From contig CAWDVE010000017.1 of NCBI GenBank assembly GCA_963805625.1, forward strand, positions 448,001 to 512,000: a stretch of DNA of 64,000 nucleotides, written 5' to 3'. The position numbers and the translations under genes were made by a program. Source of the DNA: an uncultured Candidatus Rokubacteria bacterium. GTDB taxonomy: Bacteria > Methylomirabilota > Methylomirabilia > Rokubacteriales > DASRDR01. Positions 10,786-22,962 of this stretch are shown here, one piece after another; position 1 is the first letter of the stretch, and every line of letters begins with the position of its first letter. The notes under the pieces were generated by a model. That model had not been told where the DNA came from, did no database searches, and saw nothing but the letters and a program-made list of their open reading frames with translations.

Positions 10786-12198
10786 ATGGCCGTCCTGCCC
10801 CTTCCGATGCCGGACGCCGGCCGCCGGGTCTTCACGGTCTCGGAGCTGACTCGCGCGGTGAAGGACACCCTCGAGGGGCGCTTCGGTGGGCTCTGGGTCG
10901 AGGGAGAGATCTCGAACCTCCGGGTGCACAGCTCGGGGCACGTCTACTTCACGCTGAAGGACGAGGAAGCCCAGATGCGGGCCGTCCTCTTCCGAGGCCG
11001 CATGCGGCGGGTCCGCTTCGAGCCCGCCGACGGGCTCCACGTTCTCGCCTTCGGTCGACTCGACGTCTACGCGGTGCGGGGCGAGTACCAGCTCGTGTGC
11101 GAGGTGCTGGAGCCGAAGGGCCTGGGCGCACTCCAACTCGCCTTCGAGCAGCTAAAGGCCCGACTCGCCGCCGAGGGGCTCTTCGACCCTGCACGGAAGC
11201 GCGCGCTGCCGACGCTTCCGCGGCGCGTCGGACTCGTCACTTCGCCGACGGGTGCCGCGGTCCGGGACTTCCTGCGGGTCGTCACCCGGCGCTTCGCGGG
11301 CCTCCAGGTCCTCGTGTGCCCCGTCCGCGTCCAGGGCGACACCGCGGCCGGTGAGATCGCCGAGGCGCTCGGGACGCTCAACCGGCTGGGCGACCTCGAC
11401 GTGATCGTGCTGGCCCGCGGCGGCGGGTCGCTCGAGGACCTCTGGGCGTTCAACGAGGAGGTCGTCGCGCGGGCGATCGCGGCGTCGAAGATCCCGGTGA
11501 TCTCCGCGGTCGGGCACGAGACCGACGTGACGATCGCCGACTTCGTGGCCGACCTGAGAGCGCCGACGCCGTCCGCCGCGGCTGAGCTGGTCGTGCGGGA
11601 GAAGACCGAGCTCGTGCGCCAGGTGGCAGCGCTCCGCGCGCGGCTCGGGCAGGCGATCGGCAAGCGTACCGGGCGCCTCGCCGACCGGCTCGCCGACTTT
11701 CGCCGGCGGCGAGTCCTGACGGACCCCGGCCGCCCGCTGCGGGACTGGGCGCGGCGCGTGGACGACCTCGGCACCCGCCTCGGCCGCGCGATGGCTCGTC
11801 ACGATGCGCGCGCGCGCGAGCGGCTCGCGCGAGCCGCGCGAGCCCTCCGGCCCGCCCTCCTCGGAGCGCCCGTGCGTCACCGGCGAGAGCTCGCCGGCCA
11901 GCTGGGGGGCCGGCTCGAGCGCGCGCTCCGCGGCGAGACCGCTCGCCGCCGGCGCGCGGTGGAGGCGCTGGCCGCGCGACTCGACGGCCTGAGCCCGCTG
12001 GCCTGTCTCGCCCGGGGCTACGCGATCGCCGTCTCGCCCTCTGGCGAGGTGCTGACGCGCGCGGACCGCGTGCGGATCGGCGAGCGCGTCACCGTCCGGC
12101 TTCACCAGGGAAGCCTGGGCTGCCGGGTCGAGGAGGTGGACCGCCCTGGCGCGCCGGCGGGACGCGGACGTGGAGAGAGCGATGCCGGCCACGCCTGA
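10786..12198 (+). CDS. xseA: Exodeoxyribonuclease VII large subunit
   Basis: WVEGEISN, SGHVYFTLKD, RGGGSLEDLWAFN, APTPSAAAE. Confidence 0.97.
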   Translation: MAVLPLPMPDAGRRVFTVSELTRAVKDTLEGRFGGLWVEGEISNLRVHSSGHVYFTLKDEEAQMRAVLFRGRMRRVRFEPADGLHVLAFGRLDVYAVRGEYQLVCEVLEPKGLGALQLAFEQLKARLAAEGLFDPARKRALPTLPRRVGLVTSPTGAAVRDFLRVVTRRFAGLQVLVCPVRVQGDTAAGEIAEALGTLNRLGDLDVIVLARGGGSLEDLWAFNEEVVARAIAASKIPVISAVGHETDVTIADFVADLRAPTPSAAAELVVREKTELVRQVAALRARLGQAIGKRTGRLADRLADFRRRRVLTDPGRPLRDWARRVDDLGTRLGRAMARHDARARERLARAARALRPALLGAPVRHRRELAGQLGGRLERALRGETARRRRAVEALAARLDGLSPLACLARGYAIAVSPSGEVLTRADRVRIGERVTVRLHQGSLGCRVEEVDRPGAPAGRGRGESDAGHA

Positions 12199-12448
12199 GC
12201 CAGCCCCGACGCGCGAGGACGGCCCGAAGTTCGAGGCGGCGATGGCGCGCCTCGAGGAGATCGTCCACGCGCTCGAGGCCGGGAATCTGTCGCTCGACGA
12301 CTCCCTGCGGGTCTTCGAGGAAGGGACCGGGCTCCTGCGCCTGTGCACCCGGCGCCTCGAGGAGGCGGAGCGGCGGATCGAGATTCTGATGCAGGATGAG
12401 GGAGGGGTGCGAGCCGAGCCGTTCCGCTGGGAGGAGGGGCAGGGATGA
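12182..12448 (+). CDS. xseB: Exodeoxyribonuclease VII small subunit
   Basis: FEAAMARLEEIVHALEAGNLSLDDSLRVFEEG. Confidence 0.95.
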   Translation: MPATPEPAPTREDGPKFEAAMARLEEIVHALEAGNLSLDDSLRVFEEGTGLLRLCTRRLEEAERRIEILMQDEGGVRAEPFRWEEGQG

Positions 12449-12548
12449 GCCGACGGGCCGCCGCGGGCCGTCACAGGCCGAAGGCCGTCGAAACAAGGCC
12501 GTCCGATCAACACCGTTCGATCAACCCCGAGCGGAGCGAGGACGTCCT

Positions 12549-13448
12549 GTGACGGCGTTCGACCTCGAGGGCTACTTCGCGGAGCGCCGGCGCGCCGTGG
12601 ACGAGGCGCTCGAGCGGTATCTGCCTCCGGCGACCGCCCCCCCGCCGGTCATCCACGAGGCGATGCGATACAGTGTCTTCGCGGGCGGCAAGCGTCTCCG
12701 CCCCATCCTGGTGATCGCGGGCGCCGAGGCGGTGGGCGGCCAGATGGACGACGTCATGCCCACCGCCTGCTGCTTCGAGCTGATCCACACCTATTCCCTG
12801 GTCCACGACGACCTGCCCGCCATGGATGACGACGACTACCGCCGCGGGCGACTCACGAACCACAAGGTCTTCGGCGAGGCGATCGCCGTTCTCGCCGGGG
12901 ACGCGCTCCTCACCCACGCGCTCGGGCTTGTCGCCGTCAACTTCGGTCTGGGCAAGGCGGCGCCCGAGGTGTTCCCGCGGGTCCTCGCCGAGATCACCGG
13001 AGCTGCCGGCACCGACGGGATGGTCGGGGGCCAGGTCGTGGACGTGCAGTCCGAGGGGAAGGCGGTTCCGGCCGAGACCCTGGAGTACATCCACACGCGG
13101 AAGACCGCGGCCCTCATCCGGGGAGCCCTCCGGTCGGGCGCGCTCCTGGCCGGCACCTCGGAGCCCGCGCTGGCGGCGCTCACGGCGTACGGCGACCGGA
13201 TCGGCCTCACGTTCCAGATCGTGGACGACATCCTCGACGTCGAGGGCTCGCTCGAGACGCTCGGCAAGACGGCAGGGAAAGACGAACGGCAGCAGAAGGT
13301 CACCTACCCGGGGCTTCACGGTCTCCCGGCGTCCAAGGCGCGGGCGGCCGTGCTCACCCGGGAGGCCCATGCCGCCCTCGCGCCCCTCGGGCCGGCGGCG
13401 GAGCCGCTTCGCGCCCTGGCCGACTTCATCCTGAACCGGCGGGCCTGA
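12549..13448 (+). CDS. ispA: Farnesyl diphosphate synthase (polyprenyl synthetase)
   Basis: GGKRLRP, HDDLPAMDDDDYRRG, FQIVDDILD. Confidence 0.95.
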   Translation: MTAFDLEGYFAERRRAVDEALERYLPPATAPPPVIHEAMRYSVFAGGKRLRPILVIAGAEAVGGQMDDVMPTACCFELIHTYSLVHDDLPAMDDDDYRRGRLTNHKVFGEAIAVLAGDALLTHALGLVAVNFGLGKAAPEVFPRVLAEITGAAGTDGMVGGQVVDVQSEGKAVPAETLEYIHTRKTAALIRGALRSGALLAGTSEPALAALTAYGDRIGLTFQIVDDILDVEGSLETLGKTAGKDERQQKVTYPGLHGLPASKARAAVLTREAHAALAPLGPAAEPLRALADFILNRRA

Positions 13449-13458
13449 AGGACCGTGA

Positions 13459-14780
<1,322 letters not shown>

Positions 14781-14781
<1 letters not shown>

Positions 14782-15119
14782 TGGTGACGCGGCTCACGCG
14801 TCCCGGGTGGATCGTGGTCGGGGCGCTCCTCATCCTCGCGGTGATGGCGGTTTTCGGCGACAATGGCGTGCTTGCCCTGAGGCGGCTTCGTGGCGAGGTC
14901 GACACGCTCGTCCGCGAGTTGCGGACGCTCGAAGCCGAGAACGAGCGCCTGTCCCGGGCGATCTCCGAGCTCCAGGAGGACCCGGCCGTCATCGAGCGGA
15001 TTGCCCGAGAGGAGCTCGGACTGGTCCGGCCCGGCGAGCGGGTGCTGCGCTTCCCGCGCAGCGCCCGGCCCGGCGAGTCGGCCCCGGCGCTCCCGTCGTC
15101 TCCGCCGCGGTCCCCGTAA
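14781..15119 (+). CDS. ftsB: FtsB/DivIC septum formation initiator
   Basis: TM + FGDNG + coiled coil + IERIAREELGLVRPGE; TGATG overlap with eno. Confidence 0.9.
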
Positions 15120-15152
15120 CCGCGGCAGGCCGACGACGCTTCGAGGGGACTG

Positions 15153-16715
15153 ATGCGCTGGACGTGGTTCGAGCCGTACACGGGCTGGCTCTTCCTCGCC
15201 ACCCTGCTGTTCAATCTCCGCGCCGCCTGGAAGCTCGCGATCGACTGGGCCGGGATGCTAACGACCGTCCGGTTCGTCCAGGCCGGCTATGCGCGCCGCG
15301 GGGAGCTTCCGCCGGAGGAGTCCCTCAGGGCGCGTGCCGGCGCCCCCGTGTTCCTGACGCTCGTCGCCGCCTACCAGGAGCCGGGGATCGCGGCGACGAT
15401 GCGAGGGCTCCTCGCCCTCCGCTACCCGGGCGAACGCGCGCGGTATGTCGTCGTCACGAAAGCGGGGGAAGACGCCGTGCCCCACCCGGCGATGCCGGAG
15501 AGCACCGGGACGCTCTGCCAGCAGTTCCTCGGGGACCTGCCGCCCTACGACGCCAAGCGGCTCGTGCATCTCGTCCTGCCCGGGCCCGGGCGCAAGGCCG
15601 AGCAGCTCAACTGGGCGCTCCGATCCGAGGCGCTCGCCCAGGTCCTCGAGGCCGACGCCGCCGATCCGTCGCGGGTGTTCGTCGGCGTGTTCGACGCCGA
15701 CTCGGTTCCCGATCCCGACACGCTCCGCTGGATCGCCGGGGAGGAGCTCGCGGGCCGCGGGGCGCTCGCCTACCAGGGCGTCACGCTGTCCCTCGCGAAC
15801 TGGGGGGCGCTCGGGATCCGCGGCCGGATCTGCGCCATCCAGCAGTCATCCATCTTCACGCGCGTGTCGCTGGCGCGCCTCGTCAACGAGGTCCGGCGCA
15901 TCCGCCTCATCGATCGCGCGACGGCCCGGATTCCGGGGCGGGCGGGCCGGTGGGCCCGGACGGCGCTCGAGTTCTGCTTCCGCCGATCCCAGATCTGCCT
16001 CGGACACCATCAGTTCGTCCGGCTCGACGTGCTCCAGGGCCTCGGCGGATTCCCGACCGGCGGGGCGACGGAGGACTCGACGCTCGGGTACACGCTCGGC
16101 GCGCGGAGAATCCTGATTCGCCCCATGCCGATGATCGAGCTGACGGACTTGCCGGAGACGAAGGAAAAGATCGTCCGCCAGAACGCTCGCTGGTACCAGG
16201 GCGTGCTCGATGACATCGCCTACCTCTGGGTGACATGGCGTGCCGCGCCGACGGCGTTCAACCTCGCTCAGTTGATCCGCCACGTGGTCAACAAGGTCGT
16301 GGAGTGGCCCATCGCCGCGTTCGTCTACCCGGCCATGGGATACCTCGGCTGGCACTTCGCCTATGCGTACCGGCAGGACCAGCCGCTGCTCTTCTTCGTC
16401 GCGGTGGCGGCGCCCACGCTGTCCCTCGGGCTGACCATCTGGGTCGGCGGGGTGGTGACGCAGCGCGAGGTGCAGGCCATGGAGCCGTACTTGCCCCGGC
16501 CCACCCCGCTCGGTTGGACGAGCTGGGGCGAGTGGCTGCTCGCGACGTTCCGCTGCCAGACCTACTGGCTCCTCGCCACGCGTGCGGCGTGGCGAGTCCT
16601 GTGGCAGACCGCGCGCGACGGCCGCTACGAGCCGAGCAAGACGGACCGGGTGACGCGGGTGGCGGGCGGGCAGGGCTGGCTCGATCGCGTGGTCGGGGAC
16701 CGGCTGGGTCGCTGA
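15153..16715 (+). CDS. Membrane glycosyltransferase family 2
   Basis: KAEQLN, FDADS, TED, QNARW (D,D,D,QxxRW) and C-terminal TM helices. Confidence 0.88.
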   Translation: MRWTWFEPYTGWLFLATLLFNLRAAWKLAIDWAGMLTTVRFVQAGYARRGELPPEESLRARAGAPVFLTLVAAYQEPGIAATMRGLLALRYPGERARYVVVTKAGEDAVPHPAMPESTGTLCQQFLGDLPPYDAKRLVHLVLPGPGRKAEQLNWALRSEALAQVLEADAADPSRVFVGVFDADSVPDPDTLRWIAGEELAGRGALAYQGVTLSLANWGALGIRGRICAIQQSSIFTRVSLARLVNEVRRIRLIDRATARIPGRAGRWARTALEFCFRRSQICLGHHQFVRLDVLQGLGGFPTGGATEDSTLGYTLGARRILIRPMPMIELTDLPETKEKIVRQNARWYQGVLDDIAYLWVTWRAAPTAFNLAQLIRHVVNKVVEWPIAAFVYPAMGYLGWHFAYAYRQDQPLLFFVAVAAPTLSLGLTIWVGGVVTQREVQAMEPYLPRPTPLGWTSWGEWLLATFRCQTYWLLATRAAWRVLWQTARDGRYEPSKTDRVTRVAGGQGWLDRVVGDRLGR

Positions 16716-16884
16716 ATGCGGACCCGAGCCTTCGCGCGTCGCGGGCGCGACACCGTGGACTCCCGGCCCGACTGAGCGCCCGGTTCTACCCCGGCCTGGC
16801 GCGGCCGGGACCCGCTGATACCCGCGCGTCCTACCCCGGGCCGCGTGGGCGGAGTATCATGCTGGCGGACGAGACGCGCGGGCC

Positions 16885-19800
16885 ATGACCATGACGTCGA
16901 TGGGCGAGCTGGTGGGCGACAGCCCGGCGATCGTGGCGCTGCGGGAGGAGGTGCGCCGCCTTCTCGCGTCCCTGGGCACCGGCCGGCTTCCGCCGGTCCT
17001 CATCGAAGGTGAGACGGGGACCGGCAAGGGGCTCCTGGCCCGGCTCCTCCACCGGGGTGGGCCCCGTGCGGCCGGGCCGTTCATCGCGATCAACTGCGCC
17101 GCGATTCCCGAGACGCTGCTCGAATCGGAGATGTTCGGCTACGAGCGGGGGGCGTTCACGGACGCCCGTCAGCCGAAGTCGGGGCTCCTCGAGGCGGCGC
17201 AGCGCGGTACCTTCTTCCTCGACGAGGTTGGGCTCCTGCCCGAGGGTGTCCAGGGGAAGCTCCTCAAGGCCATCGAGGACCGCGAGGTCCGTCGCCTCGG
17301 CGCGACGCGGAGCATTGCCCTCGACGTCTGGATCATCGCGGCCACTAGCGAGGACCTCGCGGCGGCGCGTCAGGCGGGCAGGTTTCAGGAGGCGCTCTAC
17401 CACAGGCTGTCGGTCCTGACCTTCCGGTTGCCCGCCCTTCGGACTCGCGGGGACGACGTCGTCCTCCTGGCCGAGCGGTTCCTCGCCCGCGCGTGCGCGG
17501 AGTACGGCCTCGGCATCAAGCGGCTCGGCACCGACGCGCGCCGGCTGCTGCTCGAGTATCCCTGGCCCGGCAACGTGCGCGAGCTCGAGAACGTCATGGA
17601 GCGGGTCGCGTTGCTCGGGGAGGAGGCGATCGTGGGGGCTGAGCGGCTCGGGCTCGCGCTGCCCACCGGCCGCCGGCCCCGCGCCGCGGAACCGCCGAGC
17701 GCGGCGGGGCCGGCGACGGCGGATGGGGACGACGTCGAGCCGCTCCTCCTGGCCCTCGAGCAAACGAGCTGGAACGTCTCCCTGGCCGCTCGTCGTCTCG
17801 GAATCTCCCGGAACGCGATCCGCTATCGCATCGAGAAGCACGGGCTACGCCCCGGGCCGCCTCGGCCGGGTCCGGCTCGGCCGCTCGCTGATCAGCCGGC
17901 GCCCGAGGCGGCGCCGCTGACCCCGGTGGCGCCGGCGAGCCTACCGTCCGCGGCCCCCGCGCGAGGCGTGACCTCGACGCCGGCCCCCGCACCGGCGGAG
18001 CTGCGCGGGATCCCGACCGTGCGCTGGGAGCAGCGGCGGGTGACGCTGCTCCGCGCGGCCCTCGCGATGGGTCAGACCCCGACCCCAGTGCCCGACCGTT
18101 ACGCCGGGCTCGACCTCGTGGTGGGGAAGATCACCACGTTCGGCGGGCGCCTCGAGGAGCTCGCCGCCACGGGGATCGTCGCGGCGTTCGGGCTCGACCC
18201 CGTGGAGGACGCGCCGCGCCGGGCCGCGCACGCAGCGATGGCGATCCTGAGGGCGACGCAGCGCGCCCGCGCGGAGGGCGAGGCGGTCGACATCCGGCTC
18301 GCCATCCACGTCGGCGAGGTGGTGGTCGGTCAGGCGAGCGGGACGGCCGAGATGGCGCTCGAGAGCAAGCAGGAGAGCTGGGCGCTGCTCGGTGCCCTTC
18401 TGGCCCAGGCCGAGCCCAACAGCATCGTCGTCAGCGAGGCCGCGGTGCCGTTCCTCGAGCCGCGCTTCGATCTGCTTCCCGGCGAGGCGGGGCCGGCCCT
18501 GCCGGGGCGGACGTATCGTCTCGTCGGGCTCGAGCCGTCGGCCCTCGAGCCGCGACGACGGCTGGCCCGCTTCGTCGGTCGGGGTCGCGAACTGGAGCTG
18601 GTCCAGAGCCAGTTCGCCGCGGCTGAACGCGGACACGGCCAGGTGGTGGGCATCGTCGGCGAGGCCGGCATCGGCAAGACGCGGCTCGTGACGGAGTTCC
18701 GGCAGCTGCTGGGGCCGGAGGGGATCTGCCTCGAGGCGCACTGCCTGTCGTACGGGACGGCGATCCCGTATCTGCCGCTCCTCGACATCGTCCGGTCGGC
18801 CTGCGGACTTCTCGACGGCGATTCTCCCGAGACCCTGGCCGGGAAGGTGCGGGAGCGGCTCCGGGCGCTCGGGCTCGAGCCGGGCGACGGGGCGGCGTAT
18901 CTGCTTCAGCTCCTGGGCGTGAAGACCGACGCCGACCGTCTCGATGCCCTGAGCCCCGAGGCCGTGCAGGCGCGCACCTTCGAGACGCTCCGGCAGCTGA
19001 CGCTGCGGGCGAGCCGGCGGCAGCCCCTGGCGCTCGTCGTCGAGAACCTCCACTGGATCGACCGGGCATCGGAGGAGTACCTCGCGTCGCTGGTCGAGAT
19101 CGTGCCCGGCGCCGGCGTGCTCCTGCTCTTCACCTACCGGCCCGGCTACCGGCCGCCGTGGATCGACAAGTCGTACGCGACGCAGATCGCTCTCCAGCCG
19201 CTCGCGCCCCGGGACAGCCTCGCCCTCGTCCGCTCGGTGGTGCCGGCCGAGACCGTTCCGGACACGCTCGCCGAGGCAATCCTCGCTCGCGCCGAAGGGA
19301 ACCCGTTCTTCCTGGAGGAGCTCGTCCTCGTGGTGGCCGAGCGAACCGGCGATTCCGCGACCCCGGCGGTGCCCGCGACGGTCCAGGACGTTCTCCTGGC
19401 ACGGATCAGCCGTCTGTCGGAGGAAGCGAAGTGGGCGCTCCAGACGGCTGCAGTGCTGGGCCGCGAGGTACCGTTTGATCTCCTGCGGGCAATCTGGACC
19501 GGTCCCGGCCCCCTCGAGCCCCAGCTTCGCGAGCTCACGCGGCTCGAGTTCCTCCACGGGCACGGCGGCCTCGAGGAGCCCGTCTACTCCTTCAAGCACG
19601 CTCTCACCCGCGAGGTGGCGTACGAGAGCTTGATGCCAAGCCGCCGGCGGGAGCTTCATGCGGCGGCGGGGGAGGCGCTCGAGCGCCTGTACGCGGGGCG
19701 TCTCGAGGAGATCGCGGACCGGCTCGCGCACCACTATGCGCGGGCGGAGCGGGCCTCGAAGGCCGTGCCCTATCTCGTGCGCGTCGCGGAGCGGGCGGCG

Positions 19801-21015
19801 AGGACGTACGCGCACGTGGAAGCCGCTGCCGTGCTGCGCGAGGCGCTCCACCAGGCGGAGCGGCTTGCCGAGGAGGAGCGCGAGGGGCAGCTAACCGCGC
19901 TCTCACTGCGCCTCGCCCACTCGCTCTACTTCCTCGGCCAGTTCCCGGAGGCGCTCGCTCTGCTACTCCGGTGCCGCGAGCAGGCCGCGAGACTCATCGA
20001 CCCGGCCCAGGCCGCGGCCTGGCACTTCTGGCTCGGCTACATGCGGAGCCATCTGGGCGACCACGTTGGGGCCGACGAGGAGGCCCGCCACGCGATTGCC
20101 GAGGCCGAGCGCGCGCACGATACGGTCATCCTCGGCCAGGCGCATTACCTCCTGTCCCGCGGCGGGTTCTGGGCGGGGCGGTTCGCGGAGGGTGCCGAGC
20201 ACGGGCGGCGCGCGGTCGCGCTCCTCCAGCAGACCGAGGCACGCTGGTGGCTCGGTGCTGCCCACTGGGGCGTGGCGTTCAACCACGGCTTCATGGGCGA
20301 GTTCGAGCGCGGGCTCGCGGCCGCGCGCGAGGCCCAGCACGTCGGCGAGACCATCGCGGACCCGCGGCTCCAGGCCTACGCCGCCTGGACGATCGGCTGG
20401 CTCGAGGCGGGTCGCGGTCACGGGGAGATCGGCGTCGAGGCGTGCCGGCGCAGTCTCGAGCACTCGCCGGATCCGGTGAACACCACCGATGCCCTGAGCT
20501 TCCTCGGCGGGGCGTACCTCGAGCTGGGCGACTCCCGCCAGGCGATCCCGCTCCTCGAGGACGCGGTGGAGCGCTGGACCCGCTTCCAGCACCGGCCGAT
20601 GCTGGGCTGGTTCACGGCGGTGCTGGGTGAGGCGTGCCTCGTGGCGGGAAATGCCGCCCGGGCGCGCGAGCTGGCCGCGCGCGGCCGCGAGATCGCCGAG
20701 TCGGTCGGATTCAAGTACGCGGTGGGCTGGGCCTGCCGCGTGCTGGGCCGGATGGCGCGCCTCCATGGGGACGCGGATGAGGCCGAGATCCAGCTCCGAG
20801 CCGGCCTCGCGGCCTTCCTCGAGATCGGCGCGCGCTTCGAGGCGGCCCGGACCGAGCTCGATCTGGCGGTTGGTGCGCTCGCCCGCCGCGACGGCGCCGG
20901 CGGAGCTCGCCTGGCGCGAGAGGCGCTCGCGCGCCTCGCCGGGCTCGGGGCTCCGATCTACGAGGAGCGGGCGCGCCAGCTGGCCGAGGCGCCGGAGTCG
21001 GGCCCCGGTGACTGA
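16885..21015 (+). CDS. Sigma54 activator fused to Fis HTH, degenerate cyclase domain, STAND/AAA ATPase and TPRs
   Basis: GETGTGK, GAFTDA, WPGNVREL, HTH, FVGRGREL...GEAGIGKT, EGNPFFLEEL, TPR tail. Confidence 0.92.
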   Translation: MTMTSMGELVGDSPAIVALREEVRRLLASLGTGRLPPVLIEGETGTGKGLLARLLHRGGPRAAGPFIAINCAAIPETLLESEMFGYERGAFTDARQPKSGLLEAAQRGTFFLDEVGLLPEGVQGKLLKAIEDREVRRLGATRSIALDVWIIAATSEDLAAARQAGRFQEALYHRLSVLTFRLPALRTRGDDVVLLAERFLARACAEYGLGIKRLGTDARRLLLEYPWPGNVRELENVMERVALLGEEAIVGAERLGLALPTGRRPRAAEPPSAAGPATADGDDVEPLLLALEQTSWNVSLAARRLGISRNAIRYRIEKHGLRPGPPRPGPARPLADQPAPEAAPLTPVAPASLPSAAPARGVTSTPAPAPAELRGIPTVRWEQRRVTLLRAALAMGQTPTPVPDRYAGLDLVVGKITTFGGRLEELAATGIVAAFGLDPVEDAPRRAAHAAMAILRATQRARAEGEAVDIRLAIHVGEVVVGQASGTAEMALESKQESWALLGALLAQAEPNSIVVSEAAVPFLEPRFDLLPGEAGPALPGRTYRLVGLEPSALEPRRRLARFVGRGRELELVQSQFAAAERGHGQVVGIVGEAGIGKTRLVTEFRQLLGPEGICLEAHCLSYGTAIPYLPLLDIVRSACGLLDGDSPETLAGKVRERLRALGLEPGDGAAYLLQLLGVKTDADRLDALSPEAVQARTFETLRQLTLRASRRQPLALVVENLHWIDRASEEYLASLVEIVPGAGVLLLFTYRPGYRPPWIDKSYATQIALQPLAPRDSLALVRSVVPAETVPDTLAEAILARAEGNPFFLEELVLVVAERTGDSATPAVPATVQDVLLARISRLSEEAKWALQTAAVLGREVPFDLLRAIWTGPGPLEPQLRELTRLEFLHGHGGLEEPVYSFKHALTREVAYESLMPSRRRELHAAAGEALERLYAGRLEEIADRLAHHYARAERASKAVPYLVRVAERAARTYAHVEAAAVLREALHQAERLAEEEREGQLTALSLRLAHSLYFLGQFPEALALLLRCREQAARLIDPAQAAAWHFWLGYMRSHLGDHVGADEEARHAIAEAERAHDTVILGQAHYLLSRGGFWAGRFAEGAEHGRRAVALLQQTEARWWLGAAHWGVAFNHGFMGEFERGLAAAREAQHVGETIADPRLQAYAAWTIGWLEAGRGHGEIGVEACRRSLEHSPDPVNTTDALSFLGGAYLELGDSRQAIPLLEDAVERWTRFQHRPMLGWFTAVLGEACLVAGNAARARELAARGREIAESVGFKYAVGWACRVLGRMARLHGDADEAEIQLRAGLAAFLEIGARFEAARTELDLAVGALARRDGAGGARLAREALARLAGLGAPIYEERARQLAEAPESGPGD

Positions 21016-21151
21016 GCTGGCCTCGGCCTCACCAGTGAGCGGTGAGCCGGGCCCGCTCCACCGAACCGGCACCACCACCACCACCGGGCGGCCAGCCTAT
21101 CGGCCAGCCTATCGGTGCGGTCTAACTTCACGCCGTATCAGGCGCGCCACA

Positions 21152-21167
21152 TGGCGCATCGATTGCT
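21152..21167 (+). promoter_or_regulatory. Sigma54 -24/-12 promoter
   Basis: TGGCGCATCGATTGCT (GG-N10-GC) upstream of AGGAGG and ATG 21194. Confidence 0.75.
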
Positions 21168-21193
21168 CCTCTGCGAAGGCAGGAGGGCGAACC

Positions 21194-21760
21194 ATGCGTG
21201 TGCCTGGAATCCGGTATGCACGAGGGACAGCCTGCCAGGTCGTGACCGGTGTGAGTGTCGTGGCGGTGACCCTGCTGGGCCTGGCCGTTCCGTCCTGGTC
21301 GAGCGACCTGGCACCGCGGCGCGCGGCGTCGGCGCTCGCCGCGGTGGAGGAGGCCCTGGCGCGTGACGACGTGGGGGCCGCGGTACGCGCCTGGCAGACC
21401 GCAGTCGGCGCGGCCCGCGGTGAACGGCGCTGGGAGGCGCTCGTCGCCGTCGGCGATGCGTCGCTTCGCATCGGAGCCATTCCGGGCATCCACGAGTTTC
21501 CCGAGGCGGGGGCCCGGAGCATGTACGCGGAGGCGCTCTTCCGGGCGCGCCAGCAGCGCTCGCTTCGGGGGATCGTGCAGGCGGCCCAGCGGTTCGCGTG
21601 GTTCGGCGACATGGAAGTGGTCGAGCGGAGTCTCCGCATGACCGACTCGCTGGGCACGGTCCCCGCCGACTCCGAGACACTCCCCGCGCTCGAGATCCTC
21701 CGAGTCCGTTCAGTCCTGCGGCTGTCCCAGGCGAGGGAGGGACCCGGCGCCCGGCCGTAG
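21194..21760 (+). CDS. Hypothetical exported helical protein
   Basis: RBS, sigma54 promoter, signal-like hydrophobic segment. Confidence 0.7.
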   Translation: MRVPGIRYARGTACQVVTGVSVVAVTLLGLAVPSWSSDLAPRRAASALAAVEEALARDDVGAAVRAWQTAVGAARGERRWEALVAVGDASLRIGAIPGIHEFPEAGARSMYAEALFRARQQRSLRGIVQAAQRFAWFGDMEVVERSLRMTDSLGTVPADSETLPALEILRVRSVLRLSQAREGPGARP

Positions 21761-21899
21761 GCGGCCCAAGTCTTTCGCCGGCGCCGTCGCCTGGAGCGTC
21801 GGCTCGGCCGGTCGGGCGCTCGACGTGCCTCGGAGTCCTCGCGGTGGTTTGCGGAGGGCACCGGCCTGAGGTCGGCCCGGTGGGGGAGCCTGCGTCGGC

Positions 21900-21928
21900 T
21901 TGACAGCGATGGGAGGCTGCAGTAACGT
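21900..21928 (+). promoter_or_regulatory. Sigma70 promoter of tRNA-fMet
   Basis: TTGACA-17 bp-TAACGT, 12 bp before the tRNA. Confidence 0.75.
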
Positions 21929-21940
21929 TCATCTCGGCAT

Positions 21941-22017
<77 letters not shown>

Positions 22018-22139
22018 AGTCCAGATCAAGCACGACACGGGGGTTAGCGGACACCACCGCTGGCCCCGTTCGTGTTTTTGTGTACGTCCTGTGTACAAAC
22101 GGGACGTTCGCCGTCACCGCGCCCCATCCGCCGTTCGAC

Positions 22140-22625
22140 TGACCAGTGACACTACGTTCGACTCCATAGGGAGCTGGCTCACGTAGGCGCCGGTCTGCTC
22201 CATGGCCTCCCGCAGATCGGCCTCGTTCACGATGTTGTAGCGGTCGAACATCGATCGCGTCTTGCCCTGAGACGCCCATCGCCACGGTCTCTCGGACGCC
22301 GGCGCGGACCATGTTCCGGACGGCCGTGCGACGCAAGTCGTGAAAGAGCCGCCCCGAAACGCCGGCGGCCTCGCAGGCGCTCCGCCACGCCTTCCGGAAG
22401 TCCACGATGGGCTTCCCGTGGCGGTGGAAGACGAACGGGGAGAGCGCCGAGGTTCCGTCGGCCGTCTGGTACTTGCGGGCGATCCAGCGCCGCTCGATGA
22501 GGGCGGCGAGTTCCGCATCGAGGGCCAGGGGGCGCCCGTGACCGTTCTTCGCCGCCTCCGGACGCAGCCGGATCACGTTGGCCGCGCGGTCCACGTCCGG
22601 CCACTGGAGCGAGTCTGGGAGCGCT
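22140..22625 (-). pseudogene. Tyrosine recombinase C-terminal remnant, frameshifted
   Basis: LQWPDVD, FHDLRRTAVRNM, then in another frame KTRSMFDRYNIV. Confidence 0.88.
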
Positions 22626-22945
22626 CGCAGGGCCGCCTCCAACTCGCGGTCGTCGCGAACGGGCCCCGGGCTCCCGGATCTTCGAGGTCCAGTCGTTCGC
22701 TGCCCGACGCCGGCCGCTCGTGGACGAGCCTGGACGGCCCCGTCAACGTGTCCTCGCTGCGATCCGCGGGGGCCGACGGGGCAGGAGGTGGTGTCGGGGT
22801 CTGAGACGACGAAGAACGGCATCATCACGAAGAACCGCTGGCTGGCCTACGCTTCTTTGTGACTGGAAATAATCCCTCTCCGAGGCCCCCCACCACGAGT
22901 CCATGCGCGCGCTTAGCCGAATCTTGCCGGTCTGGCTCGACAGAA

Positions 22946-22962
22946 AGTCGGATTTCTTTACA
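22946..22962. promoter_or_regulatory. PEP-CTERM box (PrsR enhancer site)
   Basis: AGTCGGATTTCTTTACA ~180 bp upstream of a sigma54 promoter; similar sites near 22925 and 23066. Confidence 0.7.
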
